A stretch of 62,311 nt of DNA, filler included, from Pirum gemmata (taxonomy: Eukaryota): assembly GCA_002812295.1 (NCBI GenBank). It is 29 parts of 29 records of this genome, joined end to end, with 100 filler letters (N's around TTAATTAATTAA, not from the genome) between each part and the next. Parts side by side here need not be neighbours in the genome. Positions count along the whole stretch, not along the records: positions 53,552 to 55,487 come from PDIN01009787.1; positions 55,588 to 58,253 come from PDIN01009788.1; positions 58,354 to 60,246 come from PDIN01009789.1; positions 60,347 to 62,311 come from PDIN01009790.1; 25 more parts are not named here. One strand, given 5' to 3'. The position numbers were made by a program, and so were the translations under genes. The notes below the pieces were generated by a model, which had not been told where the DNA came from, searched no databases, and saw only the letters and a list, made by a program, of their open reading frames with translations. Below, piece by piece: positions 54,030 through 62,311 of the stretch. The first letter of the stretch is position 1. Each line of letters begins with the position of its first letter.

Positions 54030-55658
54030 ACGTAAAAATGGAGAGTTTGCCTCGCAAAAGGAGGAAAGATCGTACTTATTTAGAGAGAGGGTACTTTAAA
54101 TGATTTGGTTTCAGGGGAGTAGTTGTAAACATGAAATTATAGAATAAGGGGAGATTCGAATGTATTCTCTAATTTCATTAGTTGCAGTGATAGTTTCATT
54201 TGGGGGTGCTTCTTACGTCAAACTTGAAATGTAAATTAGTATTTGTGTTTTGTTTATTTTTGTTAATCCGTATGGGTAAAACATGGGGCATATGAAGTGG
54301 GTGTTGTAAGCAGCGAATAGTGGCGATGGTATAGTTGGGTTAAGCACCAATTATGTGTTGTTAAAGTTTGGGTGTTATTTTTGTTACTAATATGTAATGT
54401 TAGTTTTAATTAAGGTTTGTAATTGGGTAAGATTTAAGTTTTATATATTGGTGTATATAATAGTAAATCGAGTGTTTGAAAATTGTTTGTTTTTACGAAG
54501 AATAGTGGAATTGAAAATGTATAAATACATGTGATTTTTGGATTAATTTTTGATAAAAACGAGAAATAATAAGTTTTTCCGTGTAAGTTTGTAAAAATAT
54601 AAGTTTTGTTTTAACATTAGTATATTTTGTGTTAGTGTATGTAACGAGTGTTATGTAGTGTTTGTGTTAGTGTGTATGTAGTGAGTGCTACAGTGTATAG
54701 GCCAGTGAGAGTCTTTTGAGTACCATAAAACATTATTACAAAATACCAGGTACTACCGTTCTACAGAACTACTATGATACAGTATAGTATTTTTGCTGAG
54801 GAAACCCAAGATGAGAAGTTCCTATTCTGGCAAGTCTTTTTTACTTTTTTTAGGCAAAAAAAGTAAAAAAAGTTATCCTGGTTTCTAAGTTCTAAGTTCT
54901 AGCTGGTTTCCAAGACTTATTATTTCAAAATTCCTACTTCCCAATGCGTCAATGTTATAACAGCCAGCTGTTTCAGAATGCCTTTTTTAAGAACAAGGCA
55001 CTAACAAGCAGTGTCATTGAAGCACTAACAAGACTCTAACAATATTCTATTCAGCTCTTCTTTATTATATTCAAAGTTAGGGGTAGGGGTAGGGTCATAT
55101 TAAGGGTTAGGGTTAATTAAGGTAAAAGGTTTTATATTTATTATAAGTATAATCCCACAACAGCCCTGGTGTAGCTATAGGTTGTGCCTACTACTACTAC
55201 TATATTACTATATTACTATTACAGTTTCCATTACTAGTACTATTACTATTACTATTATAACTATTACTATTAAATTTTCATTACCAATACTATTATAACT
55301 ATTATTATTACTATGAATATAAACATTACTATCAATCAATATCTAATTATAACTGTTAATATTGTTATTGCTACTATTGTAATACTATCATAGCTATGTA
55401 GTATTAAATCTAGCTATCGATAGCATATATGTCGCTATGATATATAGTCTCGGTCTAGCTAACCCTAACCCTAACCCTAACCCTAACNNNNNNNNNNNNN
55501 NNNNNNNNNNNNNNNNNNNNNNNNNNNNNNNTTAATTAATTAANNNNNNNNNNNNNNNNNNNNNNNNNNNNNNNNNNNNNNNNNNNNATTATTATTATTA
55601 TTATTATTTTATTATTATTATTATTAATTGTTTATATACATAATATTAAAAAAGTAAA

Positions 55659-57068
55659 ATGTTCGTACACACAATTTATATTTTATTATGCTTTGTAGGA
55701 CTTACAAATGCTGTAGGGGCAGGGGGTACAAATGCTTTAGGGGCAGGGGGACGAAAATATTTTAACCTAGCGATACCCAAGACTAATCAACAATCTTTCC
55801 TAAAAGATAGCATGGTGGTTGAATTGCTTGATGCGCAGGAAGAAGTAATTATGAGAGTTGCTTATAATGGTAAAAAGGAACAAACCATATCATTTCGATT
55901 TGAGGAAAAAAACCAAGGAGTTGTAGTTTTGGGGGAAAATAAATATACAGCAAGGGTAGCAGTAATATTGAAACAAAATTGTGGTGATTCTTGTTTTGTC
56001 TCTTTTCATTTTGACAAGGAAAAGAAAACTATTGGCTATACAATTTCTAATGAGGATTACGAAATTTGTTTAACTTCAAGTTATTATTATAGCGAAAATC
56101 CACAATTACCAGATGAAGGAAACGCCTATAACAACGGCCAACCTATGACTGAATGTAAATCAGATTGTGATTGTGATGGTGCTAGACGTTGTATTAGGAA
56201 AAGTGCTTTCTTTGCTATAACCGCCATTTATGCGTGCGAAGGGGAAGTGGGTCGGTCAATATCAACACCGGCAATACCAAGAGCATTTTCAATACCTAAA
56301 TCTGACTACGGTATTGATTCTACATCTACAAGTGGCACAGTTGTTAATAACCAAGTTACCCAAGGTAAATTTGTTGCCGGTGATATTCATGGGGGGAATA
56401 TTCTGGAAAAAGAAAAATCTGTTGAGGATTTAACTTCATTAGTAGATTCAGAGAGCGACGCAGGAGATTTAGAGAACGAAGCAAAAACTCTCCCGAAATT
56501 AAAAACAAAACCAGACGTGGCTAAAGTTTTAACTTTTGTGGCAGGTGTAGCTTTTATGTGTGTAGCTGAGAAATGCATTCGTTATTGGAATAACAAACGA
56601 CTTAAGAACAATGTTCTAACTAGTACTGCTACTAGTACTGCTACTGTTACTGCTATTACTACTACTGCTGCGACTGCTACTACTATGCTAACATTATTGC
56701 CAGCAAATAACGATGAAGATATTAATGATAAAAGCATTTCTTTACTTGAAAACACAGACTTGCCTTATTATGAAAATACAATGGTTCCTGTGTTGGAATT
56801 TGATGCTTTAGAAGCTGAACCAACTACTACTAACACTACTACTCCTACTACTACTTCAGATAGTTCTGATAATTTAGGTTTGATAATTGGTTGTGCAGCT
56901 GGTGGTGCAATAGTTTTGTTTATTGTTGCAGGTGTTGGTGTATATTATTGTAGAAATATGAGTAAAGAGCGCAAAGCAGGAGACGAATTTACTAAAAATT
57001 TGAAACAAGATAACGTTCAGGTTTATGATTCTTGGGCTGTGACTTTGGAACCAGAAGGAAATAAATAA
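55659..57068 (+). CDS. Cell-surface membrane protein (signal peptide, Cys-rich motif, Thr-rich stalks, C-terminal TM helix)
   Basis: 469-aa intronless ORF; ECKSDCDCDGARRC motif; TM LIIGCAAGGAIVLFIVAGVGVYYC followed by basic residues. Confidence 0.85.
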   Translation: MFVHTIYILLCFVGLTNAVGAGGTNALGAGGRKYFNLAIPKTNQQSFLKDSMVVELLDAQEEVIMRVAYNGKKEQTISFRFEEKNQGVVVLGENKYTARVAVILKQNCGDSCFVSFHFDKEKKTIGYTISNEDYEICLTSSYYYSENPQLPDEGNAYNNGQPMTECKSDCDCDGARRCIRKSAFFAITAIYACEGEVGRSISTPAIPRAFSIPKSDYGIDSTSTSGTVVNNQVTQGKFVAGDIHGGNILEKEKSVEDLTSLVDSESDAGDLENEAKTLPKLKTKPDVAKVLTFVAGVAFMCVAEKCIRYWNNKRLKNNVLTSTATSTATVTAITTTAATATTMLTLLPANNDEDINDKSISLLENTDLPYYENTMVPVLEFDALEAEPTTTNTTTPTTTSDSSDNLGLIIGCAAGGAIVLFIVAGVGVYYCRNMSKERKAGDEFTKNLKQDNVQVYDSWAVTLEPEGNK

Positions 57069-57507
57069 GAGTAACAAATTAAAATATTTGAAATCATTAA
57101 TTATTATGGAATTTTAAAAAATAATAATTTCCGCAGTTTTATTCGGGAGTGGTGTTTTTTAAATAAAAATAAAAAAATAAATAAATAAAAAAATGAAAAC
57201 ATTACATTAATGTAAAGCAAAACAATTTGTTGTATTATATTATCTTTGTATTGTATATAAAAAATAATTATAATTTTGATGATGCGTTAACGTTAAATAA
57301 ACCTCGCATATGTGCAAATAAAAGGAAGATACACCTAATCTTTTCAAATAGGTTGACGCTTCACGAATTATAATTCCAGCTAAATATTTTTGCATATTTA
57401 TTTATTTATAATGAAAAAAAAAATGTCAAATTTACAAGAAATAATCGAAGAATTATTGAAATATTATATTATTTATTTAATATTATGATAATAATAATAA
57501 TATTATC

Positions 57508-57539
<32 letters not shown>

Positions 57540-57546
57540 CATTAAA

Positions 57547-57780
57547 NTACCACCCAACACCCAACACCCAATACCCAACCCCCATCACCCATCACCCATC
57601 ACCCATCACCCATCACCCATCACCCATCACCCATCACCCATCACCCATCACCCATGTACCCATCACCCATCACCCACCCATCACCCATGTACCCATCACC
57701 TATGTACCCATCATCCATGTACCCATCACCCATCACCCATCACCCATGCACCCATGCACCCATCACCACCACCACCAACT
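57547..57780. repeat. (CCCATCA)n heptamer minisatellite
   Basis: Seen directly, upstream of the CPSF100 exon. Confidence 0.85.
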
Positions 57781-57905
57781 CTACTACAATAGCTTTAAAA
57801 AAAAGAAATCATAAAATGATAAATACCAATATTGTTGGAGGCAGCCTCTTACTGAGATAATTCAATTCAATTATCTTATCGATATAATTTAACTCAATTA
57901 TATAG

Positions 57906-58097
57906 GTACAATGTGGGTTATTAATACTGACCAGGAAGAGTTTGTTTACGCTGTGGATTTTGACCACAAAAAGGGAAGGTTGTTAGAGGGTGCTGAGTTT
58001 GGTTTTATTACCAGACCGTCCCTATTAATCACCAATTCTTATAATGCTTTAATGCCGAAACCCAAAAAACGGGAAGTTAAAGAGAATGAGTTGATGG
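57906..58097 (+). CDS. CPSF2: Cleavage and polyadenylation specificity factor subunit 2 (CPSF100), internal exon
   Basis: tatag|GTMWVI...VYAVDFDHKK.RLL.G......RPSLLITNSYNA...|gtattt matches the CPSF100 YAVDFNH...RPSLLITD region. Confidence 0.88.
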
Positions 58098-58724
58098 GTA
58101 TTTTTTTTATTTTTCATTTTTTATTTATTTATTTTTATTTTTTATTTTTATTTTTTTTGTATTTTTTTTTGTATTATTTTAGTTTTTTAAATTTTTTTTT
58201 GATTTTTTTTTTAATTGTTATTATTTTTATTGTTGTTATTGTTGTTATTGTTGNNNNNNNNNNNNNNNNNNNNNNNNNNNNNNNNNNNNNNNNNNNNTTA
58301 ATTAATTAANNNNNNNNNNNNNNNNNNNNNNNNNNNNNNNNNNNNNNNNNNNNGGGTTAGGGTTAGGGTTAGGGTTAGGGTTAGGGTTAGGGTTAGGGTT
58401 AGGATGGGGTTTTTGAAAACACTCAAGATCCATCAAGTATTACTACCTAAATATGGTAATATGTACCATTTAAAGCAAATTATTGGCTAATTAAAATATA
58501 AGCATCCTACCTAAAGTCTGAGATTTCTTGGCGAGACTCTATAGTACACACAAGCTAAAAACGACCGACTTTTGAGTTTCGCTATAATTTTTAAGTTTTC
58601 GAACATAAGTAATTTAATAAGAGATTTGAATTTTTCGGATATAAAAAAAAAGGAATTAGTAAAAAACGTTGGGCGTTTTTAAATCATTGTATCAACTTAT
58701 GAGCACCAAATACCAATACAAAAA

Positions 58725-59090
58725 TAATCGATATTTATTTTTTTTTCTTTCGATAAATATCGAAAAAATATCGATCTTGACTTTCAAATATTCGATATTT
58801 ATCGAAAAAATATCGATATTGACTTTCAAATATTCGATATTTATCAAAAAATATCGATATTGACTTTCAAATATTCGATATTTATCACAAAAATATCGAT
58901 ATTGACTTTCAAATATTCAATATTTACCGAAAAAAAATCGATTCGACTTTCAAAATATTTGATATTTATAGATAAACTATTGATGTTAACTTTTATACAT
59001 TCGATATTTATCGATAGACTATATCGATCTGATTTTTTGAAATTCGATATATATCGAAAAAATATCGATGGTCGAATTTGGTCATCGATA
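58725..59090. repeat. ~38-39-bp TCGA/GATATC-rich minisatellite
   Basis: The unit AAAAAATATCGATATTGACTTTCAAATATTCGATATTTATC occurs about 4 times near-perfectly, plus degenerate copies. Confidence 0.85.
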
Positions 59091-59474
59091 CCAAAACACC
59101 AGTAGTACCAACCAACCCTAAATCCTACCCCTGAACCCTACCCCCGTGGATTACTATTGGCTTAGTTATTTGTCACTCCAAATATTTATTTGGATGGTTT
59201 TAGTATTTAAATCGACTTTTTTAAATAAATAAATAGATAATAAAACATACCAAATTAAATAAAATGGATTATATTTTAGTAATTTGGTACTCTTTTTGTA
59301 TATTTATGATGACAAAAAGCACGATAGTTGTTTGCGCTAATATCCAATAAGGTTACGCTTTCATACCAAAAAATTTACCAAACCCGACGCCCAACCACCA
59401 ATTAAATATTCCGCTTTTAGTTTTTAAGGAGGGGTGAGATAATATATATATTGTATATATGATACTAAAAAGCT

Positions 59475-59714
59475 AGTAGTATATATTATATACATATATG
59501 TTTATAGCAACTTGTTTTTTTGATTTTTAAGAAACTAAGGTAGGGTTTAGGGTTAGGGTTAGGGAACTGTTAGGGTTAGGGTTAGGGCTAGGGCTGGGGT
59601 TAGGGTTAGGTTAGTAGAATTAGTAGTATATACATATATGTGTGTATTTTATAATATACATATATGTTTATAGCAACTTTTTTTTTTTTACGATTTATGA
59701 AATTAAGGTAGGGT

Positions 59715-59749
<35 letters not shown>

Positions 59750-60160
59750 GGTTAGGGTTAGGGTTAGGGTTAGGGTTAGGGTTAGGGTCAGGGTTAGTAG
59801 AGTTAGTAGTATATACATATATGTGTGTATTTTATAATATACATATATGTGTATAGCAACTTTTTTTTGATTTATGAAATTAAAAGGTAGGGTTTAGGGT
59901 TAGGGTTAGGGTTAGGGTTAGGGTTAGGGTTNGTTTAGGGTTAGGGTTAGGGTTAGGGTTAGGGTTAGGGTTAGGGTTAGGGTTAGGGTTAGGGTAAGGG
60001 TAAGGGTGAGGGTAAAAGTTAGGGTTAGAGTTAGGGTTAGGGTAAAATCTGTCGCATAATATTAATGTATTATTTGGTACTGTTTCGTACTGTTTGGGTT
60101 AGTATATACACATATGCATATGTGTATAACAACTTTAATTTTTAAGGTAGGTTAGTGTTT
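59475..60160 (+). repeat. Composite satellite: ~70-90-bp unique unit alternating with (TTAGGG)n
   Basis: The unit AGTAGTATATACATATATG...TATAGCAACTTT...AAGGTAGGGTTTAGGG starts at ~59475, 59623, 59805 and 60101. Confidence 0.85.
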
Positions 60161-60540
60161 GGTTATTGGTTGTTATAATATTATACAAATTATATTAGTA
60201 GAGTATTATCGTGAATATACAATAAATAGCACCAAATTAATACAATNNNNNNNNNNNNNNNNNNNNNNNNNNNNNNNNNNNNNNNNNNNNTTAATTAATT
60301 AANNNNNNNNNNNNNNNNNNNNNNNNNNNNNNNNNNNNNNNNNNNNTTATTATTATTATTATTATTAATTCTGTTGTTATTGTTGTTATTATTGAAAAAA
60401 AATAAGAAGCCAACAGCAATATCAGTTCAATAATAACAAAGTAGAAGAGCTTTTAGTGAAATGCTTCATAGTTTGCGTAATTTTTATATTCTTTTTTTAA
60501 AAAAACTTTCTTATTAATTTTTTGATTCTTATATGATTCT

Positions 60541-60680
60541 AACCCTAATCTCTAACCCCTAACCCCTAATCCCTAACCCCTAACCCCTAACTCTTAACCC
60601 TTAATCCTTAACCCCTAATCCCTAACCCTTAACCCCTATCCTTAATCCCTTAATCCCTAATCCCTAACCCGTAACCCTAA
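60541..60680. repeat. Degenerate (CCCTAA/CCCCTAA)n interstitial array
   Basis: Seen directly, ~135 bp downstream of the recombinase-like ORF. Confidence 0.85.
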
Positions 60681-60812
60681 TTTATATTATATTTCTGCAG
60701 AAGGTTTTTTTAGGATGAGGTTTTTTTTTTGGTGGGGTTTTTTTTTTTTTTTGATTCATTTATATATATATATATATATATATACCTATATGTGTTGGAG
60801 TATTTTGAATCT

Positions 60813-62111
60813 TCAGTGATAGTGTTGATGGATTACTATACTTGGTAGAGTGCGTGATTTTTGTTTTTGTTTTTTACTTTTTTTTGAGTGTTTTTTTAAC
60901 TTTTTTTTTGATTCTTTTTTTAACTTTTTTTTTGATTTTTTTGAGCGTTTTGATTCTTTCTTTGACATTTCTTTTGACTTTTTTGAGTGTTTTGTAAGTT
61001 TGAACCTTTTGGTTTCGGGGGTTTGGTGGTTTTGTTGGTCTATGGTTTGTTGATGGGTGATACTTGGGTAAAGTTGGGGAAATGATAGTGGTTGCCCTTT
61101 GAATTGTTGTAATTGGTAATCATTACTGCAATAGAATTTGGGAGAGGGTGTTATGTTCTCTTTTTTATCGGCGGAATGGATAATATCGAGAGGTTTGTTG
61201 TTGTGTTGGAATGGAAAGTATTGCTGGTTTGGTGCTATATTATATAACTTTGGAACGTTAGGTGATTTATGATGAGTAACATTTTGTATTTTTTCATCAT
61301 TGAGCATTATCGCAGCTGATCGGTTAGCTTTTGAGCTTAGTTTGCTATCTAGAAGAGGGTTTTCTAATAATGAATTGCAAAAGGTGAGGTTTTTGTATAT
61401 ACCGCCATCACCACGTAACCCCCAATGTAGAACACTGAAACTTTTTTTGTCCTTTTTTACATTTCGTAAAAAGTAATTACCTTTACCTTTTTGTGGAATT
61501 AAATCATAATAGGTTTTTACTAAGCAAACTTCACAAATAGCATCGTGTTGCCCATCACACACACACTGAAGAAGGTACACTTGTTCGGAACTATTTGAGG
61601 TGGTTATTTTTAATGTTAATTTACCTGAATCTTGAACGAACTCAACGTCCTTATCAAGCAAAACATGAGCGTCATCTACCCCTATACCTAAAACTATTTG
61701 CAAAATCAATAAGACGTGTGCTCTCAGAAAATAGACATTATGTGTACGAGTGAATTGATCATCAAGTGTTTGCCAAATCTCTGTTACTTGTTGTTTTGTA
61801 AAAATAAAAGATTCTTTTGTTTGAAGTTTGGGTTTGCTGATCTTTTCTAGCAAATCTTCATACTTGGGGTAATTCTTATCAACTATAGGTTTCATTCCTT
61901 TTTCGGCTAGGATTTTTTGTAAGAATGCATGAGTATTTTTGATACAAGTTGTTGTTGGTATATGATTCCATTCGATTAGCATAAAATTGGTTAGGGTTTC
62001 GTCACACAAGGCTTCTTTGTTAAATTCGTGCTCACACCATGCTTTGTTGATTGAAGAATACAAGTCTTCACCAAGTGGTTCAGCTTGGTCATTTTTATTC
62101 GAAACAGACAT
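60813..62111 (-). CDS. Tyrosine-recombinase-fold (Crypton-like) protein with altered catalytic residues, a Q/P-rich linker and a Lys-rich tail
   Basis: Ordered YR motifs: FIFTKQQV; VLLILQIVLGIGVDD..L.DKDV (box I); ICEVCLVKTY; YFLR; SSKANRSAAI; IQNVTHHKS......Y (box II). Confidence 0.7.
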   Translation of the reverse strand: MSVSNKNDQAEPLGEDLYSSINKAWCEHEFNKEALCDETLTNFMLIEWNHIPTTTCIKNTHAFLQKILAEKGMKPIVDKNYPKYEDLLEKISKPKLQTKESFIFTKQQVTEIWQTLDDQFTRTHNVYFLRAHVLLILQIVLGIGVDDAHVLLDKDVEFVQDSGKLTLKITTSNSSEQVYLLQCVCDGQHDAICEVCLVKTYYDLIPQKGKGNYFLRNVKKDKKSFSVLHWGLRGDGGIYKNLTFCNSLLENPLLDSKLSSKANRSAAIMLNDEKIQNVTHHKSPNVPKLYNIAPNQQYFPFQHNNKPLDIIHSADKKENITPSPKFYCSNDYQLQQFKGQPLSFPQLYPSITHQQTIDQQNHQTPETKRFKLTKHSKKSKEMSKKESKRSKKSKKKLKKESKKKLKKHSKKSKKQKQKSRTLPSIVIHQHYH

Positions 62112-62230
62112 GGTGGGTGAGTGGCTGTGGCTATAAATCAGAAATCTGATTATTCAAAAACAAAAACAAAAAGTAATTATAAAAAATGGTTTAGTGAAAC
62201 TTCTTGAAATTGAATTTTAGAAGGATTTTC

Positions 62231-62276
<46 letters not shown>

Positions 62277-62311
62277 ATATATTACTTATTATTAAAAAAA
62301 AAAGTAAGGAA

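Noticed and set aside
58354..58402. True chromosome end
   Set aside because: G-strand repeats at the left edge point into unique DNA, and contigs here routinely break at simple repeats; the same holds for CCCTAA at right edges (16908-16948, 55460-55487).

Overview
This is not a contiguous locus. It is about 29 short, very AT-rich eukaryotic contigs/mini-scaffolds (mostly ~1.9-2 kb) joined by an artificial 100-nt linker (N44-TTAATTAATTAA-N44). The organism has GT-AG introns filled with microsatellites, TTAGGG-type repeats and many TA-flanked MITE families; the gene set is compatible with a unicellular opisthokont or similar protist (inference only). Read directly, including exons absent from the ORF track, the window holds an RGS protein, a SWEET transporter, an FMO/BVMO exon, an MFS last exon, ORC1 exons, a two-pore channel exon, probable Nup205 exons, an (SSPRPG)n protein, NSD/SET2-like SET exons, GDA1/CD39 apyrase exons, SSADH-type ALDH exons, a PAP2 phosphatase, a predicted GPI-anchored repeat protein, a membrane protein, a CPSF100 exon, a copia-like gag relic and an intact Crypton-like tyrosine-recombinase ORF with altered catalytic residues. 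The most notable observations are: (1) the possibly domesticated recombinase; (2) serial intronic copies of exon ends plus splice sites in three genes, including five extra copies of the TPC pore segment; (3) SSADH exons in circularly permuted order; (4) intergenic DNA that parses as stacked TA-x(1-4)-TA units resembling excision footprints of the resident MITEs. Misassembly through microsatellites is a live alternative for the gene-order anomalies. All family calls are by motif recognition, not database search.
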